The notes below the pieces were generated by a model. That model made no database searches, was not told the origin of the DNA, and saw nothing but the letters and a program-made list of their open reading frames with translations. A program made the position numbers and the translations under genes. A DNA stretch of 64,000 nt from NCBI GenBank assembly GCA_919901565.1, contig CAKKPE010000035.1, positions 6,396-70,395 on the forward strand, written 5' to 3'. Below are positions 37,829 through 46,975 of the stretch, piece by piece; the first letter of the stretch is position 1, and the number at the start of each line of letters is the position of its first letter. The DNA is from a bacterium. Lineage in GTDB: Bacteria > CG2-30-53-67.

Positions 37829-38689
37829 ATGTCAAACGAAGCTAAAAAGATCATGCGCGCAACTGGCCTTCTCGTCATCGAGGCCATCAATTCCAACCCC
37901 AACGGCGACCCAGATCGCGAGAGCGATCCTCGCCAGCGTCCCGATAGACTGGGGGAAATTTCACCGGTGTCATTCAAACGGAAACTGCGAGACCTTGTAG
38001 AGGATAAAGAGGGGCCAGTCTGGAAGGAACTCAAGCAGCATCTTGGTCTTGCTGACGGGGAGTTTGAAGTCCTTGAATCACGTGGACGCGATCGGGGTAA
38101 GATCAAGAAAGAGCTTGAAGACAACGGCAAGATTTTCAAACAGAAATACTGGGATGCCAGGATTTTCGGCAATACCTTTCTTGAAGAGGGAGCAGCCAAT
38201 ACCATTAAAACCGGCGTTGTGCAATTTGGCATGGGGCTTTCGGTAGCACCAATCATCATCGAGCGCCACACGAACACTAACAAGGCCGGTGTCGAGGGGG
38301 ACAAGGATCGTGGCATGGCGCCAATGGCCTACCGTATCGTCCAGCATGGCATCTATTGCATGCCGTTTTTTGTGAATCCCAGTGCGGCGCACAAATCTGG
38401 GTGTACGGCAAAAGATATTGAATTACTGTTGGCCTTGATCCCCCACGCTTATGCCCATTCACGCTCATATGTGCGGCCAAACGTAGAGATCCTGAATGCT
38501 TGGTACATGGAGCACAAATCGGCAATCGGCTCTTGCTCGGATTTCAAGCTGATTGACTCGCTCACGCCGACGAAACTGGAACATTCGGATAGTGCATCAA
38601 ACAACAGGAAAGAGTATGACATTCCGTCTACTCTTCCTGCCGAGCTTCAGGGGAAAGTCGCTCCTTTGAAAGACCTGATGGAGTTCTAA
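37829..38689 (+). CDS. cas7: type I-C CRISPR-associated protein Cas7c (Csd2)
   Basis: 286 aa. ...LLVIEAINSNPNGDPDRESDPRQ...KRKLRD matches the Csd2 N-terminal signature. Confidence 0.85.
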   Translation: MSNEAKKIMRATGLLVIEAINSNPNGDPDRESDPRQRPDRLGEISPVSFKRKLRDLVEDKEGPVWKELKQHLGLADGEFEVLESRGRDRGKIKKELEDNGKIFKQKYWDARIFGNTFLEEGAANTIKTGVVQFGMGLSVAPIIIERHTNTNKAGVEGDKDRGMAPMAYRIVQHGIYCMPFFVNPSAAHKSGCTAKDIELLLALIPHAYAHSRSYVRPNVEILNAWYMEHKSAIGSCSDFKLIDSLTPTKLEHSDSASNNRKEYDIPSTLPAELQGKVAPLKDLMEF

Positions 38690-40891
38690 ATGAGCGAATA
38701 TCTCGCCCATAGCGCCAAGGACGGCATAGCGGAACAGACATATAGGCAGCATGTCTCGGAAGTCCTACGCATGGCGCGCGAGTATGCGAAGAGGGCGGCG
38801 GCGTATTCTCCGCTTGGCCCGCTTTTGCTGGCGGCTGTGGAGTACGCCGCTGCATACCATGATCTGGGAAAACTGGACGATGACAATCAGACTGTGCTGC
38901 GAACTGGCAGCAAGGGAAGCTTGCCGGTGAAGCATTGGGATGCGGGGACGGCTTATCTTCTGACCGACTCGAAGCGGTGGGCAAATCTTATTGGTGCCTT
39001 TCTGGTAGCTTGCCATCACAAAGGCTTGCTTTCGTTGCCGGATGAACAGGTCAGAGGACCTGATATGTTTCGTGAGGCTTCGGCTAAAGGCAGCACCGCT
39101 CTCGGCCTGTCCGGTTATCTTGCTGTTCATGCAGCAGAGATTGGTGTTGGCGTTTCAGAACAGGATTGGAAGGGCAAAGCCGCAACACCGCTCTTCATGC
39201 GTATGGCACTGTCATGCCTCGTAGATGCAGATCACACCGACACTGCGCGGCATTATGGAAATGTCGTACCCGAAGGCGATATGCCGCTTGCAGCCGAACA
39301 GCGGCTTCTGGCGCTCGACCAATATGTTGACGGTCTGACAACTGACGACAATAGCAGGAAGGAACGAGATGAAGTCCGGCGACAGGTATATGATGCATGC
39401 CGAACTGCCCAACCGAACGAAGGCGGCATGATTGCCTGTGACAGCCCGGTCGGAACTGGCAAGACAACAGCTGTCATGGCTCATCTTCTAAAGGCTGCAA
39501 AGGAGAAAGGTCTGCGGCGCGTGTTTGTTGTATTGCCGTTCACCAACATAATTGACCAGTCAGTTGATGTCTACCGCAAGGCGCTGGTACTGGATGGCGA
39601 AGAGTCGGAAAGAGTAGTTGCTGCTCACCACCACAAGGCAGAATTTGAAGAGGAGGCGAACCGAGCATTTTCCTTTCTTTGGAATGCGCCGATAACCGTC
39701 ACGACTGCCGTACAGTTCTTTGAGACCCTTGCAAGCAAACACCCCGCAACGCTTCGTAAGCTACATCAGTTGGCTGGTTCAGCCATTTTCATCGATGAAG
39801 CCCACGCAGCATTGCCCGCACATCTCTGGCCACAGGCCTGGAAATGGCTCCAGGAACTCGTGAAAGATTGGGGCTGTTATATCGTCATGGCTTCCGGTTC
39901 CCTTACGCGCTTTTGGGAGTTTGAGGAGTTTTCGGCACCACCGGCTCGGCTTGCAGAACTGGTCAGTCTTGATGTGCGTTCGTCGGCAATGCATACCGAA
40001 ACATCAAGAATCACCTACAGAATCAAAAACGAGGCGCATTCTCTCACGGATTTGTGTGACTGGATAGTCCAATTGCCGGGACCGCGTCTTGTTATCCTTA
40101 ACACTGTTCAGTCGGCTGCGGCAGTGGCCAGGGAGCTTGCCGGAGCAGAGCAGAAGAACAGGCAAAAGGTTGAACACCTATCAACAGCGCTGGCCCCGAT
40201 TGATCGCAAGGGAGTCCTGGAAAGGGTAAAAAAACGTCTGGGTGATAAGAATGACACCGATTGGACGCTGGTTGCTACCTCATGCGTTGAGGCGGGAGTT
40301 GATTTATCATTCCAGTCCGCAGCCCGCGAAATGTGCAGTCTGGTCAGCACCATTCAGACAGCCGGTCGTGTGAATCGTTCGGGAGAGTTCGGAACCTGCG
40401 AGCTGTGGAGTTTCAGGATTAAGGCAAGTGAACTCCTCAGAGAACATCCCGCGTTCACTGTTTCTTCAAGAATACTTGCGGACCTCTATGAGAAGGGGCA
40501 CGTTTCTCCCTATTACTGTAAAGAGGCCATGAGACGGGAGGTAAGAGACCGCAACAGGGGACGTTGTGAGGATGACCCAATTGTAAAGGCTGAGAAAAAA
40601 CGGGAATTCCCCGAGGTTGATGAGAAATTTAAGGTCATCGATTCAAACACGATTACTGTTGTTGTGGATGATGATTTGCGCCAACGCCTTGAGCGTCGTG
40701 AAAGAGTTGAACCGTTTGAATTGCAGCAAAAAAGCATCAATATTTACTCGTCAAAGGAAAGGACGTATGGCGTAGCGCCAATTCATGGGTTTGAAAAACT
40801 ATACCGTTGGACCCTGAAATATGACGACTTTCTTGGCTATATGGCTGGTGTGCTCCCCTTGACGAACTTTGCTGATAATTGCTGCATTTGA
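38690..40891 (+). CDS. cas3: CRISPR-associated helicase/nuclease Cas3 (HD + SF2 helicase)
   Basis: 733 aa. HD motifs (YHDLGK; LVDADHTDT). Helicase motifs I (DSPVGTGKT), II (FIDEAHA), V-like (SCVEAGVDLSF) and VI (QTAGRVNRSG). Its ATG directly abuts the cas7 stop. Confidence 0.9.
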   Translation: MSEYLAHSAKDGIAEQTYRQHVSEVLRMAREYAKRAAAYSPLGPLLLAAVEYAAAYHDLGKLDDDNQTVLRTGSKGSLPVKHWDAGTAYLLTDSKRWANLIGAFLVACHHKGLLSLPDEQVRGPDMFREASAKGSTALGLSGYLAVHAAEIGVGVSEQDWKGKAATPLFMRMALSCLVDADHTDTARHYGNVVPEGDMPLAAEQRLLALDQYVDGLTTDDNSRKERDEVRRQVYDACRTAQPNEGGMIACDSPVGTGKTTAVMAHLLKAAKEKGLRRVFVVLPFTNIIDQSVDVYRKALVLDGEESERVVAAHHHKAEFEEEANRAFSFLWNAPITVTTAVQFFETLASKHPATLRKLHQLAGSAIFIDEAHAALPAHLWPQAWKWLQELVKDWGCYIVMASGSLTRFWEFEEFSAPPARLAELVSLDVRSSAMHTETSRITYRIKNEAHSLTDLCDWIVQLPGPRLVILNTVQSAAAVARELAGAEQKNRQKVEHLSTALAPIDRKGVLERVKKRLGDKNDTDWTLVATSCVEAGVDLSFQSAAREMCSLVSTIQTAGRVNRSGEFGTCELWSFRIKASELLREHPAFTVSSRILADLYEKGHVSPYYCKEAMRREVRDRNRGRCEDDPIVKAEKKREFPEVDEKFKVIDSNTITVVVDDDLRQRLERRERVEPFELQQKSINIYSSKERTYGVAPIHGFEKLYRWTLKYDDFLGYMAGVLPLTNFADNCCI

Positions 40892-40900
40892 GAAAAGGCT

Positions 40901-41530
40901 ATGGACAATCAAGAGCCGATCATGATTTCCGCTCTGAATCATTACCTCTACTGCCCGCGGCGTTGCGGGCTGGTGCACGTTGAACAGGTCTGGAGTGAGA
41001 ACCTGTACACCATGCGCGGGCGCGACATGCATGAGAATGTTCACGAAGACTCCTCGCATTCTTTGGCTGGTGTACGATATGAACGAGCTCTTCCGATTTG
41101 GTCAAAGCGGCTGCATCTGGTCGGCAAGGCAGATTTGGTAGAGTTTCATGGAGAAATTCCATATCCTGTTGAGTATAAATCGGGAAGACATAAAACATTT
41201 CAGAATGATTACGTTCAGCTCTGCGCACAGGCCATGTGTCTTGAAGAGATGCTGGGGGTGAAGGTGGAGAAGGGCGCTCTTTACTGGCACGGGTCACGGG
41301 AACGGAAAGAGGTAGTCTTCACCGATGAGCTGCGGGGTCGGGTAGAGGAGGTGGCTGCCGAAGTCCATGCCATGATCGCGGAGAAGCGGCTTCCGCCGCC
41401 GGTGAACGACGGGAGGTGCGAAGATTGTTCTTTGAAGGATTCCTGCATGCCGGGAGCGATTGCCAACAAAGGAATGAGAAAGAAGGCGGAAATGGAGTTG
41501 TTTACAATGCCTCATAGGACGGAGGAATAG
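40901..41530 (+). CDS. cas4: CRISPR-associated exonuclease Cas4 (RecB-like, Fe-S)
   Basis: 209 aa. N-terminal Cys (YLYCPRRCGL) and C-terminal CEDCSLKDSC give the 4-Cys cluster. PD-(D/E)xK-like core. Confidence 0.85.
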   Translation: MDNQEPIMISALNHYLYCPRRCGLVHVEQVWSENLYTMRGRDMHENVHEDSSHSLAGVRYERALPIWSKRLHLVGKADLVEFHGEIPYPVEYKSGRHKTFQNDYVQLCAQAMCLEEMLGVKVEKGALYWHGSRERKEVVFTDELRGRVEEVAAEVHAMIAEKRLPPPVNDGRCEDCSLKDSCMPGAIANKGMRKKAEMELFTMPHRTEE

Positions 41531-41532
41531 GA

Positions 41533-42360
41533 ATGGGAAAAAGCATCGCGGTTTTCAAGGGGAAGGAAATCAGGAGAACGCTGTACAAGAACGAGTGGTG
41601 GTTTTCTGTCTCTGATGTTGTAGAAGCGTTAACCGATAGCGCTGATCCAAAGCAGTATATCAAGAAAATAAGACAGCGGGATACAGAGCTTAATTCCTAC
41701 TGGGGTACAATTTGTACCCCCCTTGAAATTATGGCGCCGGACGGGAAAACGCGTGAGACAAACTGCGCAAATACCGAGGGTGTTTTTCGCATCATCCAGT
41801 CCATTCCTTCTCCCAAGGCGGAGCCCTTCAAACGTTGGCTCGCCAAAGTCGGCTATGAGCGGGTGCAGGAGATTGAAGACCCGGAACTCGGTTCGAAGAG
41901 GACGCGGGCGCTCTATAAGGCCAAGGGCTACTCCGACGACTGGATCGAGAAGCGGATGAGGGGTATCGCCATCAGGGAAGAGCTTACGGATGAATGGAAA
42001 AAGCGGGACGTGCGAGAGAAAAGGGAATATGAGATCCTTACCGCGGAAATTGCCAAGGCTGCTTTCGGCATTACGCCTGGGAAACACAAGAAGATCAAAG
42101 GTCTGAAGCGTGAAAACCTGCGGGACCATATGAACGACCTTGAGCTGATCTTCTCGATGCTCGGCGAGGCGGCGACGACCGAGATTACGCGGGTTGATGA
42201 TGCCAAGGGATTTCATGAAAGCAAACATGCTGCTCGCAAGGGCGGAGAAGTTGCCGGAAAGGCGCGAAAAGACCTTGAACAAAAAACCGGGAAACGAGTA
42301 GTGTCGCGCGAAAACTACCTGACGACATCAGAAAGCCGGAAGAAGATCGAGAGGAAGTAA
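41533..42360 (+). CDS. Bro-N domain protein (DNA-damage-inducible protein D / phage antirepressor-like)
   Basis: FKGKEIRRTLYKNEWWFSVSDVVEALT...GVFRIIQSIPSPKAEPFKRWLAKVGYERVQE matches the Bro-N consensus. Starts 2 bp after the cas4 stop. Confidence 0.7.
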   Translation: MGKSIAVFKGKEIRRTLYKNEWWFSVSDVVEALTDSADPKQYIKKIRQRDTELNSYWGTICTPLEIMAPDGKTRETNCANTEGVFRIIQSIPSPKAEPFKRWLAKVGYERVQEIEDPELGSKRTRALYKAKGYSDDWIEKRMRGIAIREELTDEWKKRDVREKREYEILTAEIAKAAFGITPGKHKKIKGLKRENLRDHMNDLELIFSMLGEAATTEITRVDDAKGFHESKHAARKGGEVAGKARKDLEQKTGKRVVSRENYLTTSESRKKIERK

Positions 42361-42412
42361 TGCCGTCATGAATGAACTAATTTTTCATCAGGATCATTGA
42401 GGAGTTTCCTTT

Positions 42413-43555
42413 ATGCCGCAACCACTTGTCCAATACGCCGAACTGCTCGGCCAGATCAAACAGCGGATCAGGCAGGGACAGACCCGCGCCATGCTGTCCG
42501 CTAATGCTGAAATGATCCTGACCTACTGGGATATTGGACGGATGATTCTGGAAAGACAGGAACGGGAAGGATGGGGGACCTCTGTCATTCCACGGTTGTC
42601 CCGTGATCTTCGCAACGAACTGCCGGAAGTAAAAGGATTTTCCGAACGGAATATCAAGCTTATGGTGCAGTTTTATCGTGAATACCCGTCTCTTTCTCCA
42701 ATTGGGCAACGGCCGGTTGCCCAATTGACGGATAAGAACTCGACAGACCAGGAACAGGGTGACGCCGAATTAATGCAACGGCTCGTTGCCCAATTGCTAT
42801 GGGCGCAGAATGTGCTGCTGATGCAAAAAGTCAAAGATATACCGACCCGTTGCTGGTACGCTCAAACCGCAATAGAGCAGGGTTGGAGCCGGGACATTCT
42901 GCTTCATATGATTCAAGGTCGGGCGCACGAACGCCAGGGCAAGGCAATACACAACTTTGAGAGCCGCTTGCCTTCTCCTCAATCTGACTTGGTACAACAG
43001 GCTTTAAAGGACCCCTACATCTTCGATTTCCTCACCCTTGAAGAGCCGTTTCACGAGCGTGAGCTGGAAACTAGCCTGATACGGCATCTGGAGAAATTTC
43101 TGCTGGAGCTCGGGCAGGGGTTTGCCTTTGTCGGACGGCAGTATCATCTCGACATCGGAGAAGAGGATTTTTACATTGACCTTCTTTTCTATCATCTGCG
43201 GCTCCGTTGCTTCGTGGTGATCGAATTGAAGAAGGGCGGTTTCAAACCGGAATACGCGGGCAAGATGAACTTCTACTGCAATGTGGTGGATGACCGGTTA
43301 AAACATGCGGGCGATAATCCTACCATCGGGCTGATTCTCTGTCAGGACAAGAAGTCCGTGCTGGCCGAATACACGTTGCGAGGCGTTTCCAAACCGATCG
43401 GTATTTCTGAATATGAACTGACTCGGGCGCTACCACACAGCCTGAAATCGGCGCTTCCCAGCGTTGAGGAGATTGAACGCGAATTGAGCGAAGATGTTGA
43501 AGGCGTACCTAAGAAGCGCAACAGGAAGAAGTCCGGAAAGAGGATCGCGCAATGA
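42413..43555 (+). CDS. DUF1016 (YhcG-like) PD-(D/E)xK nuclease family protein
   Basis: The N-terminal region matches DUF1016. Nuclease core IDLLFYH...CFVVIELKKGGFKPEYAGKMNFY (D...ExK). Confidence 0.75.
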   Translation: MPQPLVQYAELLGQIKQRIRQGQTRAMLSANAEMILTYWDIGRMILERQEREGWGTSVIPRLSRDLRNELPEVKGFSERNIKLMVQFYREYPSLSPIGQRPVAQLTDKNSTDQEQGDAELMQRLVAQLLWAQNVLLMQKVKDIPTRCWYAQTAIEQGWSRDILLHMIQGRAHERQGKAIHNFESRLPSPQSDLVQQALKDPYIFDFLTLEEPFHERELETSLIRHLEKFLLELGQGFAFVGRQYHLDIGEEDFYIDLLFYHLRLRCFVVIELKKGGFKPEYAGKMNFYCNVVDDRLKHAGDNPTIGLILCQDKKSVLAEYTLRGVSKPIGISEYELTRALPHSLKSALPSVEEIERELSEDVEGVPKKRNRKKSGKRIAQ

Positions 43556-43669
43556 ATACGGAAGTGAAGTCGTGACACTATGTCACGGGTTCTCCATATA
43601 TTCAATTCCTTCTCCGTGCGCTCTGTGGTAAAACTTGACAATACTGAAAAAGCTGAAGGGTGATGATAT

Positions 43670-44728
43670 ATGAAAAAAAGGAATCAAGATGACCCAATGA
43701 AAAGCGATCTGATTCTCTATCAGACGGACGACGGCAGAACCAGAATCGAAGTCCGGTTGCAGGATGAAACGGTATGGATGAGCCAACTGGCCATGGCGGA
43801 GTTGTTTCTAACAACTGTTCCTAACATCAATATCCACTTGAGCAATGTATATAAAGAAGGCGAGCTTTCAGAGACGGCAACGGTTAAGGATTACTTAATA
43901 GTTCGACAGGAAGGTTCCCGGCGGGTTAAGCGTGCGGTCAGGCACTACAATCTTGAAGCCATTATAGCGGTTGGCTACCGGGTTAAATCCAACCGTGGCA
44001 CGCAGTTCCGAAAATGGGCTACCGAAAGACTGAATGAGTATCTCGTAAAGGGCTTTACTCTGGACGACGAACGCCTGAAAGAAGGCAGTAATATTGGTTC
44101 CGACTACTTTGATGAACTGCTGGAGCGGATTCGTGACATACGGTCGAGCGAAAAGCGCTTCTATCAGAAAATTCGCGACATTTATAGGCTTGCGGCTGAT
44201 TACGATCCGAAGGCAGAGGAAACGCTCGAGTTTTTCCGTATCGTCCAGAATAAACTGCACTTTGCCATATCCCATAAGACGGCAGCGGAAATTATTTCTG
44301 AACGGGCGGATTCGTCGAAGCCCAATATGGGATTGACCTCATGGAAGGGATCCAAAGTCCGCAGGGGGGATGTGACAATCGCCAAGAATTACCTGAATCA
44401 GGATGAGTTAGAGCAACTCAATCGCATTGTAGAAATGTATCTGAACTATGCTGAAGACCAGGCTAAACGCCGAAGGCAGGTTTTCATGCGCGACTGGCGG
44501 AAAAAACTGGATGCCTTCCTGCAACTTAACGAAAGAGAGATTCTCGCTGATGCCGGCAAAGTGGCCAAGGAGATAGCAGACAAACTGGCGCTTGATCAAT
44601 ACGATATCTTTAATCACAATCGGCTTGTTATCGAAGCGAAAGAGGAAGCCCTTGCCGATGATGAAGAGTTGAAGCATATAGAATCAGCTATTGAAAACAA
44701 AAAGAAGCAGTGGCGCAAAAATGACTGA
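43670..44728 (+). CDS. RhuM family protein
   Basis: LILYQTDDGRTRIEVRLQDETVWMSQLAMAELF and VGYRVKSNRGTQFRKWATERLNEYLVKGF are characteristic of the RhuM family. Confidence 0.8.
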   Translation: MKKRNQDDPMKSDLILYQTDDGRTRIEVRLQDETVWMSQLAMAELFLTTVPNINIHLSNVYKEGELSETATVKDYLIVRQEGSRRVKRAVRHYNLEAIIAVGYRVKSNRGTQFRKWATERLNEYLVKGFTLDDERLKEGSNIGSDYFDELLERIRDIRSSEKRFYQKIRDIYRLAADYDPKAEETLEFFRIVQNKLHFAISHKTAAEIISERADSSKPNMGLTSWKGSKVRRGDVTIAKNYLNQDELEQLNRIVEMYLNYAEDQAKRRRQVFMRDWRKKLDAFLQLNEREILADAGKVAKEIADKLALDQYDIFNHNRLVIEAKEEALADDEELKHIESAIENKKKQWRKND

Positions 44729-44762
44729 ACCCATACTTCCTCCACTAATGCATGATGGAAAG

Positions 44763-45149
44763 TTACCACTCCGCCCTGATGGGATATTTTGTTATGCGAG
44801 GATCGGGCGTGAGGATGACCAGTCCTCCGGCAATTGCTTGGCAGATGAGAATTCTGTCGAAGGGGTCCTTGTGATAATCCGGGAGTCGGGAAAGCTGCAA
44901 TACCGCCGCTTCGTCCAGCGGCAATGAATCGATATCATGGCGGGTGCGCCACTTCTTGATGAATTCGTGGGGAGTGCCCGGGAGCGGCAACTTGCCCAGC
45001 TTGTGTTTGACGATGATCTCCCATGCGGAGGCAACGCTCAGGTAGACCTCATTGGCGGGATCAGAAAAAAGCCGACGGGCAGTGTCGGACAACTCGGGAC
45101 CTCCCGACACGATCCAAAGAAACGTGCAGGTGTCCAGAAGGATGTTCAC
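44763..45149 (-). CDS. vapC: type II toxin-antitoxin system VapC family toxin (PIN domain)
   Basis: 128 aa. MNILLDTCTFLWIV... PIN-domain acidic residues (D6, E, D). 4-nt overlap with the upstream antitoxin gene. Confidence 0.8.
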   Translation of the reverse strand: MNILLDTCTFLWIVSGGPELSDTARRLFSDPANEVYLSVASAWEIIVKHKLGKLPLPGTPHEFIKKWRTRHDIDSLPLDEAAVLQLSRLPDYHKDPFDRILICQAIAGGLVILTPDPRITKYPIRAEW

Positions 45150-45397
45150 GATTCGGCACCGCCAAACATCGCGAGCATGTCCTCCGGCAACTCCTCGAAG
45201 AACGAGGCAGGCACTGTAAATTTGCCTTTGGACAAGCCTATGGGACGCGGCTTATTCCGATGGGGAGCAAGGGGACGTATTTCAGCGACCGGCTGGTTCC
45301 GCCTGCACACGACGACGATTTCCCCATGCTCCACTTCTTCAAGGTAGTGTGAGAGATGGGTTTTTGCTTCATGAATATTGATTTTTTTCATGGTCAA
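45146..45397 (-). CDS. type II antitoxin (Phd/YefM-like)
   Basis: 83 aa. INIHEAKTHLSHYLEEVEHGEIVVVCRRNQPVAEIRPL matches the Phd/YefM fold pattern. Translationally coupled to vapC. Confidence 0.7.
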   Translation of the reverse strand: MTMKKINIHEAKTHLSHYLEEVEHGEIVVVCRRNQPVAEIRPLAPHRNKPRPIGLSKGKFTVPASFFEELPEDMLAMFGGAES

Positions 45398-45414
45398 ATA
45401 TTAAACCAAGTAGT

Positions 45415-45427
45415 TGACTAAGTCAAG
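45415..45427. promoter_or_regulatory. perfect palindrome TTGACT-A-AGTCAA in the divergent vapB/cas1 promoter region (candidate antitoxin operator overlapping a -35-like hexamer)
   Basis: Sits in the 61-bp intergenic region between the vapB start (45397, minus) and the cas1 start (45459, plus). Confidence 0.3.
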
Positions 45428-45458
45428 GGAAAATTCTCTAAAGCAGAGGGCCATAAAC

Positions 45459-46493
45459 ATGAAACAACTCCTGAATACGCTCTACGTCATGACCCAGGGG
45501 GCATACGTCAATCTTGATCATGAGACCCTGAAGGTGGAAGTGGAAGGCAAGGTGCAGATGCAGGTGCCGCTTCATCATCTTGGGGCTATCGTGACCATGG
45601 GAAACGTGATGATGAGCCCGTTTCTTCTGGGACGCTGTGCGGACGACGGGAGAGCGGTCGTGATCCTGGATCGGAACGGCCAGTTCAAATGCCGAATGGT
45701 AGGCAAGACCACAGGAAACGTCCTGCTCAGACAGGCACAGTATGAGTTTGTCAGGGATAAAGAGAAGTCGACAGGGGTTGCCCGGAACATCGTGGCGGGA
45801 AAGGTTAGAAATTCCCGTGAGGTGCTTCTTCGCGGAGCCAGGGAAACCGAGAATCAGGAAGAGATCTCAGCTCTCAAGAAGGCTGCCGATATTCTCGCCG
45901 ATGCGCTCTTTCGTCTGAAGGATACGCACGATATCGATGTGGTGCGGGGTTATGAAGGTGAGTCGGCTAATGCCTATTTCGGTGTTTTTGACCGGATGGT
46001 GAAGGAGGACGCACGCAAAACGTTCAAGATGAATGGACGAAACAGAAGGCCGCCCCTCGATCCGGTGAACGGCCTGTTGTCGTTTCTCTATACGCTTGTG
46101 CTCAATGATTGCATCTCTGCATTGGAAGGGGTGGGACTTGATTCACAGATGGGTTTTCTCCATGCCCTCAGACCGGGAAGACCTTCCTTGGGCCTGGATT
46201 TGATGGAAGAGTTCCGTTCGCTGCTGGCCGACAGGCTTGCACTGACGCTGATCAATCGCAAACAGATAACGTCAAAGGATTTTGAAGTACGGCCAGGCGG
46301 CGCAACCCTGCTGAACGACGAGGGACGAAAGACTGTCGTGGTGGCGTATCAAAAGAGGAAGCAGGATGAATTCAAACATCCTGTATTAAATGAGAAGGTT
46401 TCGTTTGGTCTGCTCCCCCATGTTCAGGCACGGCTTTTGGCAAGACACCTGAGAGGCGATCTGGAAGTCTATCCACCTTTCTTGTATTCATAG
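45459..46493 (+). CDS. cas1: CRISPR-associated endonuclease Cas1 (type I-C)
   Basis: MKQLLNTLYVMTQGAYVNLDHETLKVEV is a typical Cas1c N-terminus. The 45414 ORF start is probably an over-extension. Conserved acidic and His residues are present. Confidence 0.9.
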   Translation: MKQLLNTLYVMTQGAYVNLDHETLKVEVEGKVQMQVPLHHLGAIVTMGNVMMSPFLLGRCADDGRAVVILDRNGQFKCRMVGKTTGNVLLRQAQYEFVRDKEKSTGVARNIVAGKVRNSREVLLRGARETENQEEISALKKAADILADALFRLKDTHDIDVVRGYEGESANAYFGVFDRMVKEDARKTFKMNGRNRRPPLDPVNGLLSFLYTLVLNDCISALEGVGLDSQMGFLHALRPGRPSLGLDLMEEFRSLLADRLALTLINRKQITSKDFEVRPGGATLLNDEGRKTVVVAYQKRKQDEFKHPVLNEKVSFGLLPHVQARLLARHLRGDLEVYPPFLYS

Positions 46494-46507
46494 GGAGGAA
46501 ATGATAT

Positions 46508-46798
46508 ATGTGGATCATCGTTGCTTATGATGTGTCAACGGATACTAAGTCCGGACGCCGAAGGCTTCGCCGCGTGGCTCAGGCATGTAAGAACTACGGC
46601 CAGCGTGTTCAAAAATCGGTCTTTGAATGTCAGGTGGATGAGATGAAGTATGAGGCTCTGCGAAAGAAACTCCTGGAAGAAATTAATAAAGAAGAGGATA
46701 ATCTGCGTTTATATCGCCTGACAGAGCCAAGAGATGAACATGTGGAAGAGTATGGGATGGCAAGAACTATTTTCTTTGATGAACCTCTGATCATTTAG
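46508..46798 (+). CDS. cas2: CRISPR-associated endoribonuclease Cas2
   Basis: 96 aa. [41 protein letters not shown]. Confidence 0.9.
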   Translation: MWIIVAYDVSTDTKSGRRRLRRVAQACKNYGQRVQKSVFECQVDEMKYEALRKKLLEEINKEEDNLRLYRLTEPRDEHVEEYGMARTIFFDEPLII

Positions 46799-46975
46799 TG
46801 CGAACCTGATGCGCTATCGAAAAAGCCGTAAGATTCGTGAAAGATAAAAAACAGCTTTTATCAATATGTTAGGTGATAGTGAAGTGTTTGCATCGAGAAT
46901 ATTTAAGACCGATTTTATGATTTCGCAGAATATGTTTCTCAACATATTGAAATCAAAGCAAAAAAAACAAGAACA
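46799..46975 (+). promoter_or_regulatory. CRISPR leader (AT-rich, between cas2 and first repeat)
   Basis: 177 bp, AT-rich relative to its flanks. Lies at the opposite end of the array from the degenerate terminal repeat. Confidence 0.6.

Noticed and set aside
35115-46798. Assignment of the cas locus to subtype I-B or I-G (I-U) because of the 37-nt repeat and the cas3 position after cas7
   Set aside because: No cas6 gene. Cas5 is a short Cas5d-type protein rather than a Cas5-Cas6 fusion (Csb2). cas4 and cas1 are separate. The Cas7 N-terminus matches Csd2. I-C-like with rearrangement fits better, though subtype should be confirmed with profiles.
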